Shown piece after piece: positions 48,152-59,044 of a stretch of DNA of 64,000 nucleotides (positions are counted from its first letter, which is position 1; every line of letters begins with the position of its first letter). The notes under the pieces were generated by a model. It did no database searches. It was not told the DNA's origin and worked only from the letters and a program-made list of their open reading frames with translations. Both the position numbers and the translations under genes were made by a program. The DNA is from Lysobacteraceae bacterium (GTDB lineage Bacteria; Pseudomonadota; Gammaproteobacteria; Xanthomonadales; Xanthomonadaceae), in contig JAJTGG010000001.1 in the NCBI GenBank assembly GCA_021299355.1, positions 12,219 through 76,218 on the forward strand. Direction: 5' to 3'.

Positions 48152-49551
48152 CCCTGGCATTATCTGCGCAAGGCATATCGACCGAACGGCACCCGCAATC
48201 ACGGGCCATAGAATTCGTTTCGGCCGAACAATACCCTGCCTGGCTGGCGGCGCAACCGGAATTCACCCGGAATTGGCTGGCAGGACAATCGTTCCAGGGC
48301 CATGCCACGCAGTTCGCGTTGTTGCCGGAGGCCAGCGGGCAATGCCAGCGGGTTGTCGCCGTGATCGGTGGCGATACGCCGTATGCAATCGCGCATCTAC
48401 CGAAACTGCTGCCGAAAGGCCATTATCATCGCAGCACCGATTCCACCGCCGCACTCAGCGCCGATAATCTGCTGCTGGGCTGGGGGCTCGGCGCCTATCG
48501 TTTTGAACGCTATCTGGCCAAAACAGAACCGGCAATGCTGTACATCGAAAACCAGAGTGCGCTGGCCGAAAGCATTCTCGCCGCCAGTCTGGACGTGCGC
48601 GACTGGATCAACACGCCGACCGAGCACATGGGGCCCGACGAGCTGGAGCAGGCCACACGCGGCATCGGTGAACGCTTCGGTGCAGACATATCCTGCATCC
48701 GCGGCGAAGAGCTGCTGGCACGGAACTTCCCCACCATCCATGCGGTCGGCCGGGCTTCGCACCGGGCACCGCGTCTGATCCGTCTGGACTGGGGCGATGA
48801 CACGCATCCGCATGTCGTGCTGTGCGGCAAAGGTGTCTGCTTCGATACCGGCGGCCTCGACATCAAACCGGCCGATGGCATGCGCAACATGAAAAAAGAC
48901 ATGGGTGGCGCGGCGCACGCATTGGGCCTGGCCCGACTGCTGATGCAGAACAAGGTACCGGTACGGCTGACCCTGCTGATTGCAGCGGTTGAAAATGCCA
49001 TCGCCGGCAATGCCTTCCGCCCCGGCGATGTCATTACCACACGTCAGGGCTTGAGCGTTGAAATCGACAACACCGATGCCGAAGGCCGCTTGGTACTGGC
49101 CGATGCCTTGGCGCTGGCAGGCGAACTGAAGCCGGAACTGATCATGGACTTCGCGACCCTGACCGGCGCTGCCCGCATCGCGCTCGGACCGGATCTACCG
49201 GTGCTGTTCAGCAATCATGCGGAAACGGCCCGTGATTATCTGGCAGCCGGTGAAGCCGAGCATGACCCGCTCTGGCAACTGCCTTTGTGGCAACCCTATC
49301 TCGGTTACCTGAAATCCAACGTGGCCGATTTGGCCAATGCCGGGCCGAGTAAAATGGCGGGCTGCATGACCGCCGCGCTGTTCCTGCAGCGTTTCGTGCC
49401 CGCCGGCACCGCCTGGACGCATCTGGATGTGTACAGTTGGAACGATTCCGAGCGCCCCGGAAAACCGGCCGGTGGCGAGGCCCAGGGCCTGCGTGCGGCG
49501 TTCCGCTTCCTGCAGAAAAAATATGACCACCGGCACTCCACCGATTCCTGA
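48148..49551 (+). CDS. M17 leucyl aminopeptidase family protein
   Basis: GKGVCFDTGG..IK, MKKDMGG, NTDAEGRLVLAD, ATLTGA. Confidence 0.94.
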   Translation: MTLALSAQGISTERHPQSRAIEFVSAEQYPAWLAAQPEFTRNWLAGQSFQGHATQFALLPEASGQCQRVVAVIGGDTPYAIAHLPKLLPKGHYHRSTDSTAALSADNLLLGWGLGAYRFERYLAKTEPAMLYIENQSALAESILAASLDVRDWINTPTEHMGPDELEQATRGIGERFGADISCIRGEELLARNFPTIHAVGRASHRAPRLIRLDWGDDTHPHVVLCGKGVCFDTGGLDIKPADGMRNMKKDMGGAAHALGLARLLMQNKVPVRLTLLIAAVENAIAGNAFRPGDVITTRQGLSVEIDNTDAEGRLVLADALALAGELKPELIMDFATLTGAARIALGPDLPVLFSNHAETARDYLAAGEAEHDPLWQLPLWQPYLGYLKSNVADLANAGPSKMAGCMTAALFLQRFVPAGTAWTHLDVYSWNDSERPGKPAGGEAQGLRAAFRFLQKKYDHRHSTDS

Positions 49552-49592
49552 GTCAATGACAGAATAATGGCCATCACGCCAAGGACCAACGT

Positions 49593-50813
49593 ATGAACCG
49601 CCCTGATGAATTGCTCAACCAACTGAAAATAAATCGCAGTGGCAGCACAGCAATGAAAAAGAAACGGCACTGGCCTTGGATCGTCGGCGCCCTGGTGGTT
49701 ATCGTTGCAGCTATTTTGCTGCTGCGCGGCGGCAAGGCGCTGGAAGTGGAAACGGTCAATCCGCGCTCAGCCGCGGAAAGCGGTCCGGCCTCGGTGCTGG
49801 ATGCCTCCGGCTACGTGACCGCACGCCGTATCGCTACCGTCTCTTCGAAAATCACCGGTAAGGTCAAAGAGGTCTACATCGAGGAAGGGCAGCGCGTCAA
49901 AGCCGGCGAAATACTCGCCCGCCTCGATGTGCAGGACGCCGACGCCCAGTACCGCCTGTCGCAATCGCAATTAGCCTCCAGTGAATCGCAGTTGGCTGAA
50001 GCGCGCGCGCAGCTGGCTTTGGCCGAGAGCAACTATGCCCGCAACCGCGAGCTCGGCGCCAAACAGCTGGTTTCCCGTCAGGCGCTGGATGCCGCCAAAG
50101 CCGAGCGTGACTCGCGCGCCGCGCGCCTGAATAGCCTGCTGAAATCGGTCAGCGTCTCGCGCGATCAGCTCGGCGTGTCGGCACTGAACATCGACAACAC
50201 CGTCATCCGCGCGCCCTTCGATGGCGTGATCGTGGCCAAGGCCGCGCAGCCGGGTGAAATGATCTCGCCGATTTCCGGCGGTGGCGGCTCGATCCGCACC
50301 GGCATCGGCACCTTGGTCGACATGGACTCGCTGGAAGTACAGGTCGATGTCAACGAAGCCTACATCGGCCGGGTCACGCCGGAGATGCCGGTGCAGGCCG
50401 TACTGAATGCTTACCCGGATTGGAAGATTCCCGGCGCGGTGATCGCCATCGTGCCGACCGCCGACCGTTCCAAGGCCACGGTGAAAGTACGTGTGGCATT
50501 GAACAGCAAGGATCCGCGCATCGTGCCGGACATGGGCGTGCGCGTGAGCTTCCTCGAAGCCAAAACCGATGACAAACCCCTGACCGGTTACTGGGTGCCT
50601 AACGGCGCCGTGCTCAAGGACGGCAACGCCGCTTTCGTATTCACCATCGTGGACGGCAAGGCCGTGCGCACCGCCGTGACCGTGGCCGAAAGTAATGACA
50701 GTGAAAGCCGGATCAGCAAAGGCGTGGCCAAAGGCGATTCGCTGGTGGCCGCACCCGACAAGGAACTGAAAGACGGCACCAAGGTCGTCCGCAAGGCAGA
50801 TGCCGGTCAATGA
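49593..50813 (+). CDS. Periplasmic adaptor (MacA/HlyD-like)
   Basis: N-terminal TM, lipoyl halves (G..VKAG, IRAPFDG), coiled hairpin. Confidence 0.9.
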   Translation: MNRPDELLNQLKINRSGSTAMKKKRHWPWIVGALVVIVAAILLLRGGKALEVETVNPRSAAESGPASVLDASGYVTARRIATVSSKITGKVKEVYIEEGQRVKAGEILARLDVQDADAQYRLSQSQLASSESQLAEARAQLALAESNYARNRELGAKQLVSRQALDAAKAERDSRAARLNSLLKSVSVSRDQLGVSALNIDNTVIRAPFDGVIVAKAAQPGEMISPISGGGGSIRTGIGTLVDMDSLEVQVDVNEAYIGRVTPEMPVQAVLNAYPDWKIPGAVIAIVPTADRSKATVKVRVALNSKDPRIVPDMGVRVSFLEAKTDDKPLTGYWVPNGAVLKDGNAAFVFTIVDGKAVRTAVTVAESNDSESRISKGVAKGDSLVAAPDKELKDGTKVVRKADAGQ

Positions 50814-51523
50814 GCGGACGTGACGACAGCGATGGCCTGTTCCCGCTGGTCGAAATCCGCCAGCTGACCAAGGCCTATGTGCGCGGCAAGCAGGTGCTGG
50901 AAGTGCTGCATGGCATCAATCTGGATATTCCGGAAGGCGATTTCGTGGCACTGATGGGCCCTTCCGGTTCCGGCAAAACCACCCTGCTGAACCTGATCGG
51001 CGGCATCGATTCGCCGACCAGCGGCGTGCTGACCATCGACGGGCAACGCATAGACGATCTGGGCGGTAATGAACTGGCCGCCTGGCGTGCCAACACCGTC
51101 GGTTTCATTTTCCAGAGTTACAACCTGATGCCGGTGTTGAGCGCCCAGAAGAATGTGGAGCTGCCCTTGTTGCTGACCGACATGGATGCAGACGAACGCC
51201 GACATCGTGCCTCCATTGCGCTGAAACTGGTCGGTATCGCCGACCGGGCCGGCCATAAACCGAACGAACTGTCCGGCGGCCAGCAGCAGCGTGTGGCCAT
51301 CGCGCGCGCGCTAGTGTCCGATCCGCGCATCCTGATCTGCGACGAGCCGACCGGCGATCTCGACCGCAAGACCGCCGACGAAGTGCTGACCCTGCTGCAG
51401 CAGCTCAACCGCGAATTCGGCAAGACCATCGTGATGGTCACTCACGACCCGAAAGCGGCCGAGTACGCCAATCGCACGGTGCACCTCGACAAAGGCAGTC
51501 TGGTCGACGAGCCGAGTCACTGA
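50810..51523 (+). CDS. ABC transporter ATP-binding protein (LolD/MacB type)
   Basis: [31 protein letters not shown]. Confidence 0.94.
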   Translation: MSGRDDSDGLFPLVEIRQLTKAYVRGKQVLEVLHGINLDIPEGDFVALMGPSGSGKTTLLNLIGGIDSPTSGVLTIDGQRIDDLGGNELAAWRANTVGFIFQSYNLMPVLSAQKNVELPLLLTDMDADERRHRASIALKLVGIADRAGHKPNELSGGQQQRVAIARALVSDPRILICDEPTGDLDRKTADEVLTLLQQLNREFGKTIVMVTHDPKAAEYANRTVHLDKGSLVDEPSH

Positions 51524-51524
51524 G

Positions 51525-52682
51525 ATGATCCGCAAATACCTGCCATTGGTATGGGGCGCCTTGATGCGCAAGAAAACCCGCACGGCATTTACCCTGCTCT
51601 CGCTGTCGGCCGCTTTCCTGCTGATCGGTCTGCTGCAGGCGGTGAACTCGGTGCTGTCCGGCGGCGCCGATTTCCTCGGTGCCAACCGGCTAATTACCCA
51701 AGCCAAAATAAGCTTCACCCAGCCCTTGCCGATGCGTCTGCTGCCGCAGATCGAGGCCATTCCCGGTGTCGAGCATGTCGGTCATTCGCAGTTCTTCGGC
51801 GGCGTCTACCAGGACCCGAAGAATTTCTTCCCGCAATTCGCGGTCAATCCGCAACGTCTACGCGATACCTACCCGGAATGGAAGATGGATGAAGATGCCT
51901 GGCGCACATTCATCTCGACCCAGGACGGCGCCATCGCCGGCAAGGTGCTGGCCGACAAGTACGGTTGGAAAGTCGGCGATATCATCCCGCTGAACTCCTT
52001 CATCTGGACCCAGCGCGACGGCAGCCGGGTCTGGCAGTGGCGTCTGGTCGGCATCTTCGAAGGCCGTGATCAGGAATGGACCGACCGTGCCAATCTGATG
52101 TATCTGAATTACGGCCAGTTCGACGAAGGCCGCAGTGAACGCGCGCGCGGGCTGGCCGGCGTATTCGTGGTAAGGGTGAAGAACCCGATGGACTCCGAAC
52201 GCATCGCCGCCGAAATCGACCGCAAGTTCGAAAACTCCTCGGAAGAAACCAAAACCCAGAGCGAGCAGGAATTCCAGCTCGGCTTTTTGAAGCAGCTGGG
52301 CGACATCGGCTTCATCGTCAATGCCATTTCCGGCGCGGTGTTCTTCACCATCCTGATTTTGACCGGCTACACCATGAGTCAGGCCGTGCGCGAGCGCATT
52401 CCCGAACTGGCCGTACTGAAATGTCTCGGTTTCACAGACCGCACGGTGTTGGGACTGGTATTGGCCGAATCTTTTCTGCTCTGTTTCATCGGTGCCTTGC
52501 TCGGGCTGTTGCTGGCCAGTGCGGTTACCGGGCTGCTGCCACCGGAATACCCGATAAAAGCCGATGCCCGCGTCTGGCTGTTCGCGCTGGCCACCACCGT
52601 TTTCCTGGCGCTGGTGGTCGGGCTGCCGCCGGCGCTGCGTGCAATGCATCTGAAAATCGTCGATGCCCTGGCGGGACGCTGA
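51525..52682 (+). CDS. ABC transporter permease (MacB/FtsX type)
   Basis: One TM, large periplasmic domain, three TMs; ERIPELAVLK.LGF. Confidence 0.9.
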   Translation: MIRKYLPLVWGALMRKKTRTAFTLLSLSAAFLLIGLLQAVNSVLSGGADFLGANRLITQAKISFTQPLPMRLLPQIEAIPGVEHVGHSQFFGGVYQDPKNFFPQFAVNPQRLRDTYPEWKMDEDAWRTFISTQDGAIAGKVLADKYGWKVGDIIPLNSFIWTQRDGSRVWQWRLVGIFEGRDQEWTDRANLMYLNYGQFDEGRSERARGLAGVFVVRVKNPMDSERIAAEIDRKFENSSEETKTQSEQEFQLGFLKQLGDIGFIVNAISGAVFFTILILTGYTMSQAVRERIPELAVLKCLGFTDRTVLGLVLAESFLLCFIGALLGLLLASAVTGLLPPEYPIKADARVWLFALATTVFLALVVGLPPALRAMHLKIVDALAGR

Positions 52683-52683
52683 C

Positions 52684-53862
52684 ATGAGCACACTGACCCA
52701 GATCCGTGAAATCGTGCTGATGAATCTGAAAAGCATTCCGCAGCGGCTCGGCGCCTCGCTGGTCATCGTCATCGGCATTGCCGGCGTAGTGGGCGTGCTG
52801 GTGGCGATGCTGTCGATGTCGACCGGACTGAATAAAACCCTGACCGCCACCGGCGATCCCAATCGTGCCATCGTGCTGCGCGGCGGCTCCAATGGCGAAC
52901 TGGCCAGCTTCCTCGACCGCAGCGCGGCCACCTTGATCAAACAGGATCCGGCCATCGCCCGGCATGCCGATCGCCTGCCACTGGCTTCAGGCGAACTGAT
53001 CGTCATCACCGAAGTTCCGCGGAAGGGACAGAGTTCGGGCGCCAACGTGTCGCTACGCGGCGTCGAGTCGAAAGGACTGACGGTGCGTCCGGAGCTGAAA
53101 CTGATTGCGGGCCGCAGCTTCAAACCCGGTCTGCGCGAGATCATCGTCGGCAAAGGCGCCTTCACCCAATTCGATGGTTTGCAGGTCGGCGCCAAGCTGA
53201 AATTCCGCGGTTCGTACTGGGATGTGGTCGGCGTATTCGAATCCGGCGATGCCCATGATTCCGAACTCTGGGCCGATCTGGATACCGTACAGAGCGCCTT
53301 TGGCCGATCAGGCGTGTCTTCGGTGGTGGTTCGTCTGAATTACCGCGATGCATTCAAGGATCTGAAGCGCCGTCTGGAATCGGACCCGCAGCTGAATGTG
53401 GAAGTGAAGACCGAGAAAGATTACTTCTCCTCGCAATCCTCCGGGCTGACCCGTCAAATCGGATTCCTGACCAGCATCGTTACCGTCATCATGGCCTTCG
53501 GCGCCCTGTTCGGCGCGCTCAATACCATGTACTCGGCGGTTTCAGCGCGTACGGCGGAAATCGGAACACTGCGCGCGCTCGGTTTCGGCAATGCACCGGT
53601 AGTGGCCTCGGTGATGGCGGAAGCGATGTTCCTGTCCCTGCTTGGCGGCGTTCTCGGTGCCGGAATCGCCTATGTGCTGTTCAACGACTACTCGGTATCC
53701 ACGCTCGGCGGCGGCTTCACGCAGGTCGCGTTCAATTTCGCGGTGACCCCGGGCCTGGTCGCGCAGGGCCTGAGCTGGGCGCTGACCATCGGCTTTCTCG
53801 GCGGACTGGCACCAGCGGTGCGCGCTGCTCGGCTTCCCGTCACGGCAGCACTGCGTGGCTGA
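52684..53862 (+). CDS. ABC transporter permease (MacB/FtsX type)
   Basis: Same topology as the preceding permease; R..EIGTLRALGF. Confidence 0.9.
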   Translation: MSTLTQIREIVLMNLKSIPQRLGASLVIVIGIAGVVGVLVAMLSMSTGLNKTLTATGDPNRAIVLRGGSNGELASFLDRSAATLIKQDPAIARHADRLPLASGELIVITEVPRKGQSSGANVSLRGVESKGLTVRPELKLIAGRSFKPGLREIIVGKGAFTQFDGLQVGAKLKFRGSYWDVVGVFESGDAHDSELWADLDTVQSAFGRSGVSSVVVRLNYRDAFKDLKRRLESDPQLNVEVKTEKDYFSSQSSGLTRQIGFLTSIVTVIMAFGALFGALNTMYSAVSARTAEIGTLRALGFGNAPVVASVMAEAMFLSLLGGVLGAGIAYVLFNDYSVSTLGGGFTQVAFNFAVTPGLVAQGLSWALTIGFLGGLAPAVRAARLPVTAALRG

Positions 53863-53873
53863 TTCGATCCGCA

Positions 53874-53902
53874 TGTCAACGCAATACGGAGTGCGGCGTT
53901 GA
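53874..53902 (+). promoter_or_regulatory. Putative ECF sigma promoter 1
   Basis: TGTCAAC-N16-CGTTGA, 26 nt upstream of the hydrolase start. Confidence 0.55.
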
Positions 53903-53928
53903 TTCAGGACCACCGCTGGAGTTTCGCT

Positions 53929-54765
53929 ATGACCGCACTGCGCTGTACTGTTCTGCTTTGCCTTGCTCTGATTCCGCTCATAACTCCGGCCGCCGAACGG
54001 TTGCTGCTGCCGCGCAGCGATGGCATCAAAACTCCAGTCATGCACTATGCACCGGTCGGTGTCTGTCTCGGCACGGTCATCCTCAGCCATGGGGCCGGCG
54101 GTTCCGAGAACGGACTTTCATATCTCGGGGAGTTCCTACAAAGCAAAGGCTGGCGTGCCGTGGTGCTCGGCCACGCCGAAAGCGGACGTGCGGCACTGCG
54201 CGCGAAAATCCCGGGAATGGATATCAAGGCCGGATTGGCGGCACTGATTACCGATCCGGCCGCCTACCGTGGGCGCTTTGCGGATATCGAAGCCGCACTG
54301 GTCTGGCAGAAAGGCCGCTGTAAAAATCCGTTCACGGCATTGGTCGGTCATTCCATGGGGGCCGCTACGGTCATGCTGGCCGCCGGCGCGGAAAACAAAC
54401 TCGGCCTGCGCACCCGCATCGACTTCGATGCCTATGTGGCGATGTCGCCGCAGGGTATCGGCCGCATCTTTCCGGAGAATGCCTGGCGTGGCATCACCGC
54501 GCCGGTGTACGCATTGACCGGCACCGAAGACAAGGAGTTGAATACCGACTGGCGCTCTCGTCTGGAGGCTTACAAAAATATGCCTTCCGGTTGCAAATGG
54601 CAGGGCGTCATCACCGGCGCCAATCATATGGCCTTCGGCCGTGGCGGTTCGGAAAGCGAAAAGACACTGATAACCGGCAGCGTGTTGGCGTTTCTGGAAA
54701 AGGCCAAGGTGAAGGACTGCAGTCGCCCTTTCCCCGGTAAGGGCATCCGCATCGACAACAAGTAA
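53929..54765 (+). CDS. Secreted alpha/beta hydrolase
   Basis: Signal peptide; SHGAGG, GHSMG, GTED, NHMAF triad pattern; GGAG SD. Confidence 0.88.
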   Translation: MTALRCTVLLCLALIPLITPAAERLLLPRSDGIKTPVMHYAPVGVCLGTVILSHGAGGSENGLSYLGEFLQSKGWRAVVLGHAESGRAALRAKIPGMDIKAGLAALITDPAAYRGRFADIEAALVWQKGRCKNPFTALVGHSMGAATVMLAAGAENKLGLRTRIDFDAYVAMSPQGIGRIFPENAWRGITAPVYALTGTEDKELNTDWRSRLEAYKNMPSGCKWQGVITGANHMAFGRGGSESEKTLITGSVLAFLEKAKVKDCSRPFPGKGIRIDNK

Positions 54766-54798
54766 TTCCTGAATGGATGGCAACCGGATATCCGTTGC

Positions 54799-54827
54799 CG
54801 TCAACCGATGGGATGTACGGCCGTTGT
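54799..54827 (+). promoter_or_regulatory. Putative ECF sigma promoter 2
   Basis: CGTCAAC-N16-CGTTGT. Confidence 0.55.
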
Positions 54828-54877
54828 TACCCGTACACGCCAACACCAGCGTGCCTCGCCTTCTTGCGGAGAATGCA

Positions 54878-55030
54878 ATGTTGAAACCCACCCTCTTTCT
54901 CGCCGCCCTGTTTGCTGTTTCCGGTCTGGCTGAAGCCGCTACCCCGCGCAGCGTGAATCTCAACCGCAAAGGCGACCGCATCAAGCAGAACCGCGAGCGC
55001 TGGCAGGCGATGACGCCGCATTTGCGGTAA
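54878..55030 (+). CDS. 50-aa exported peptide or gene remnant
   Basis: GGAGA SD; MLKPTLFLAALFAVSGLAEA/ATPRSVNLNRKGDRIKQNRERWQAMTPHLR. Confidence 0.5.
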   Translation: MLKPTLFLAALFAVSGLAEAATPRSVNLNRKGDRIKQNRERWQAMTPHLR

Positions 55031-55145
55031 ACCGCCGGCAACATGCCGAGTTTGGCCGCGACGCTTTCATAGACGCGTGAGCTGGAATCATAACCGCTGT
55101 CGACCTAGGCCTTAGTGACGGCCGGGGCGTTATCCGCATCCTGCA

Positions 55146-57305
55146 CTACTGCGCCCAGGTCTTGGCGGCATTGGACTTCGGAAACACCTGTGTCAGCAGC
55201 GGCTTGCTGCCTTCCAGCAGAACGATGGCATCGGCAAGAATGGCTGCGGACTCATTCAGCAACGGATCCGGACGCTCCTTATCGGCATTTTCCTGGGCGA
55301 TCTGCTCGCTGACTTTGCGCTCATTGGCCTGCAGGCCATCATCATTATCGTCCGGACCGGCCGACTTCAGACCCAGGACCTTACGCTCGGTTTCGCGTGC
55401 TTCACGCTTGGCTTTGAATGCCGCCCGCTCGTCCAGACGCTCCTGTTCATTCAGGGAAACCGTTTTCTTGGCGCGGTCGGCCTTGAAACTGGCCACATCC
55501 TGCATCCACCAGCTGAACTCCTTGTCGCCGGTGATGCGGGTCTCGTGACGGCTAATCAGCTGCGGATTGATGGCCTTGAACATGCCGAGACGGCTGTAGC
55601 TGGCTGCCGGAATTTCGGTATATGGCAGGGCATTGTCGAAAGTGCTTTCGCCGTATTCACCGGCATCGACGGTCACCGGGAACGGGACATCCGGACTCAC
55701 CGCCGCATTCTGGGTGGTTCCGCCGTTGATGCGGAAAAACTGGGCCGTGGTCATGTGCAGATCGCCGAGTTTGAAATCCTTGGTACGTTTGTAGCGGTCG
55801 AAAGGAATGACGCTCTGCACAGTGCCTTTGCCGAAGGTCGGTTCGCCGATGATCAGGCCGCGGCCGTAATCCTGGATGGCGGCGGCGAAGATTTCCGAAG
55901 CCGATGCAGAAGAACGGTTGACCAGAACCGCCAGCGGGCCGGACCAGGTCACACCGGGTTCGGTATCGCCGCCAACTTCGATTTCGCCGTTGCTGCTGCG
56001 AACCTGTACAACCGGTCCGGTGTCGATGAACAGGCCGGTCAGCTCGATGGCTTCCGGCAAGGCACCGCCGCCGTTGCTGCGCAGATCCACGACCACGCCG
56101 TCGACTTTTTCGGTCTTGAGCTCGGTCAGCAGTTTGCGCACGTCGGAGGTCGCCGAACGGACATCGGGGTCACCGCGACGTGCCGCCTCGAAATCGAGGT
56201 AGAACGCCGGTAACTCGATGACGCCGATGCGCTTGCCGCCGCTCTCAATAATCTTCTTGCTGGCCGCCTGTTCTTCGAGTTTGATTTTGTCCCGCACCAC
56301 GCGCACGATCTGACGGGTGCCGTCGGCGCCCTCGTCGCCGGACTGCACTTCCAGACGCACTACGGTGCCTTTGGCGCCGCGGACTTTGGCCACGACATCG
56401 TCGATGGACCAGTCGACCACGTCCACCATGGGGCCGCTTTCGCCCTGGCCGACCGCCAGAATGCGGTCACCGGCCTTGATCTTTCCGGTTTTCTCGGCCG
56501 GGCTACCCGGCATGATGGTGCGGAACAGCACGTAGCCATCCTGCTGCTGCAGCACCGCACCGACGCCTTCCAGCGACAGTTTCATGGTCATTTCGAAGTT
56601 CTCCGCACTGCGCGGCGAGAAATACGCCGTGTGCGGATCAATCGCATTGCCATAGGCATTCATGTAGTTCTCGAATACATCATCACCATCGAGCTGGTGG
56701 ATGCGACGCGAAAGATCGCTGTAGCGCTTATCGAGCGTGGTACGGATTTCAGGCATGCTGCGGCCGGCCAGCTTCAGGCGCAGCACGTCGTTCTTGACCG
56801 ATTGGCGCCAGATTTCATCAAGCGCCTTATTGTCTTCCGCCCAAGGGACTTCCTCGCGGTCGTAGTGATAGGACTCCTTCACGGTGAAGTCGAAATCCTT
56901 TTTCAGCAGATTGCGGGCATAGGCGATGCGTTCATCGACGCGCGCAAGATAGACCTTGAACATGGTGAACGGTGTCGAGAAATCCTTGGCCTTGACCGCA
57001 TCGTCATGCCTGGTTTCGAAAACCTTGAATCCGGCGATGTCGCTGGCCAGGAAGAACATCCGGTTGCCATCGAGGGATTTGAGGTATTTATCATGCATCG
57101 TGCGCGACAGATCATCGTCCAGCGGCAGCGGACGGTAACTGAAATCACTGCCCGACAGATGCAGGTACATGAGCGTTCCGGCCTGGGCCTGGGCCTGGGT
57201 CGGAGCAAGCTCCGCCTTCGCGACAGGCGTGTCGCCCTGGGTTGCCGCATAGGCGATAGCCAGAGGCAGCAGTGCCGCGATTGCCAGAACGATCCGTTTT
57301 TTCAT
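55146..57305 (-). CDS. prc: Tail-specific (carboxy-terminal) protease S41
   Basis: DPHT.YFSP, PDZ domain, DLRSNGGG, SASASEIFA, TFGKGTVQ. Confidence 0.95.
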   Translation of the reverse strand: MKKRIVLAIAALLPLAIAYAATQGDTPVAKAELAPTQAQAQAGTLMYLHLSGSDFSYRPLPLDDDLSRTMHDKYLKSLDGNRMFFLASDIAGFKVFETRHDDAVKAKDFSTPFTMFKVYLARVDERIAYARNLLKKDFDFTVKESYHYDREEVPWAEDNKALDEIWRQSVKNDVLRLKLAGRSMPEIRTTLDKRYSDLSRRIHQLDGDDVFENYMNAYGNAIDPHTAYFSPRSAENFEMTMKLSLEGVGAVLQQQDGYVLFRTIMPGSPAEKTGKIKAGDRILAVGQGESGPMVDVVDWSIDDVVAKVRGAKGTVVRLEVQSGDEGADGTRQIVRVVRDKIKLEEQAASKKIIESGGKRIGVIELPAFYLDFEAARRGDPDVRSATSDVRKLLTELKTEKVDGVVVDLRSNGGGALPEAIELTGLFIDTGPVVQVRSSNGEIEVGGDTEPGVTWSGPLAVLVNRSSASASEIFAAAIQDYGRGLIIGEPTFGKGTVQSVIPFDRYKRTKDFKLGDLHMTTAQFFRINGGTTQNAAVSPDVPFPVTVDAGEYGESTFDNALPYTEIPAASYSRLGMFKAINPQLISRHETRITGDKEFSWWMQDVASFKADRAKKTVSLNEQERLDERAAFKAKREARETERKVLGLKSAGPDDNDDGLQANERKVSEQIAQENADKERPDPLLNESAAILADAIVLLEGSKPLLTQVFPKSNAAKTWAQ

Positions 57306-57372
57306 GGGTTGCCTCGTAAGTTACCGCGATTGTGCGCACATCGCGCGGGAAAAGCATGGGCCATTGGTTGGG

Positions 57373-58362
57373 TCAGGCTTCGACGAAGCCGGCATCCATG
57401 GCCATACGGTCGGCGTGGTAGCTGGAACGCACCATCGGTCCTGATGCGACATGGGTGAAACCCAATTGGTTCCCGTAAGCTTCGATTTCGGCGAATTCTT
57501 CCGGGGTCCAATAGCGCATCACCGGATGGTGGTGCGGGGTCGGTTGCAGGTACTGGCCGACGGTGATCATGTCGACGTCATGGGCACGCAGATCGCGGAG
57601 CGTCTGCTGCACCTGTTCCATGGTTTCGCCCAGCCCGAGCATGATGCCGGATTTGGTCGGCAACCCCGGATTGTCGGCCTTGAACTGCTTGAGCAGGGTC
57701 AGCGACCACTGGTAGTCGGCTCCGGGACGTACATTTGGGTACAGATCGGGCACGGTTTCCAGATTGTGGTTGAACACATCCGGCGGCGATTGATTCAGCA
57801 GCTCCAGCGCGCGTTCCATACGGCCCTTGCCGCGGAAGTCCGGAGTCAGGATTTCGATCTTTATGTCCGGACTGAAACGGCGGACCTCTTCGATGCAGCG
57901 GGTGAAGTGTTCGGCACCGCCATCACGCAGATCGTCGCGGTCTACCGATGTGATGACCACATAACGCAGCTTCATGTCGGCGATGGTTTTAGCCAGATTC
58001 AGCGGTTCGGACGCGTCCGGCGGCTTCGGGCGACCATGCGCGACATCGCAGAAACTGCAACGGCGCGTGCAAACCTCGCCCAGAATCATAAAGGTTGCGG
58101 TACCGTGGCTGAAACATTCATGGATGTTCGGGCAGCTGGCTTCTTCGCAGACGGTGATCAGATGGTTCTCGCGCAGCTGCGATTTCAATTTGGCGACGGC
58201 GTTTCCGGAAGGAATGCGCACGCGGATCCAGCTCGGTTTGCGCAATACCGGCGCCTCGGCAAAATTGACCGGACTGCGGGCGATTTTGCTTTCGCCTAAC
58301 TGCTTGACCCCGGCCTCGAGGCTGGTGACAGTCTGCGCGGTGATGGTTTTATCTTTGGACAT
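57373..58362 (-). CDS. lipA: Lipoyl synthase
   Basis: [24 protein letters not shown]. Confidence 0.97.
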   Translation of the reverse strand: MSKDKTITAQTVTSLEAGVKQLGESKIARSPVNFAEAPVLRKPSWIRVRIPSGNAVAKLKSQLRENHLITVCEEASCPNIHECFSHGTATFMILGEVCTRRCSFCDVAHGRPKPPDASEPLNLAKTIADMKLRYVVITSVDRDDLRDGGAEHFTRCIEEVRRFSPDIKIEILTPDFRGKGRMERALELLNQSPPDVFNHNLETVPDLYPNVRPGADYQWSLTLLKQFKADNPGLPTKSGIMLGLGETMEQVQQTLRDLRAHDVDMITVGQYLQPTPHHHPVMRYWTPEEFAEIEAYGNQLGFTHVASGPMVRSSYHADRMAMDAGFVEA

Positions 58363-58369
58363 GACCCAC

Positions 58370-59044
58370 TCACATTTCGGAAAGGAATGCCGACGGCAAC
58401 GCATCGATCCAGACCGGGGACAATCCCAGCTGCTGCGAGAGCTGCGCCACCAAAACGGGCTCGACCTGATCAAGACCCACGGCAGGGTTCAATTCTAGCA
58501 TCTGCGTCACTTCCAGACCGGCATAGCCGCAGGGGTTGATGCCGTGGAACGGCGCCAGATCCATGGCGATATTGAAGGCCAGACCGTGCAGACTGCAGCC
58601 GTGCTTGATACGCAGGCCGAGCGCGGCGATCTTGGCGGTGCCGACATACACCCCGGGCGCACCGGCGCGGCGTTCGGCTACGATGTCCCAGTGCGCAAGG
58701 GTATTAATCAGCGCCTGCTCGATGTGGGTCACCAACTCGCGTACGCCAAGGCCGAGACGCCGAAGATTGACCAAAGGATAGGCCACGATCTGGCCCGGAC
58801 CGTGGTAAGTCACCTGACCGCCGCGGTTACAGCGGATGACCGGGATATCGCCCGGCAGAAGCACATGTTCGGGCTTGCCGGCCTGACCCAAGGTATAGAC
58901 CGGCTCGTGCTGGAGCAGCCAGAGTTCGTCATGGCCGTCGGCATCGCCGCGTTCGGCGGTATGCCGCTCCTGGGCCGCCCAGACCGGCGGATAGGGCTGG
59001 ATGCCAAGCCGGCGGATCTGCCAGGACGGATTTACAGCGTCCAC
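58370..59044 (-). CDS. lipB: Octanoyltransferase
   Basis: [34 protein letters not shown]. Confidence 0.96.
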   Translation of the reverse strand: MDAVNPSWQIRRLGIQPYPPVWAAQERHTAERGDADGHDELWLLQHEPVYTLGQAGKPEHVLLPGDIPVIRCNRGGQVTYHGPGQIVAYPLVNLRRLGLGVRELVTHIEQALINTLAHWDIVAERRAGAPGVYVGTAKIAALGLRIKHGCSLHGLAFNIAMDLAPFHGINPCGYAGLEVTQMLELNPAVGLDQVEPVLVAQLSQQLGLSPVWIDALPSAFLSEM

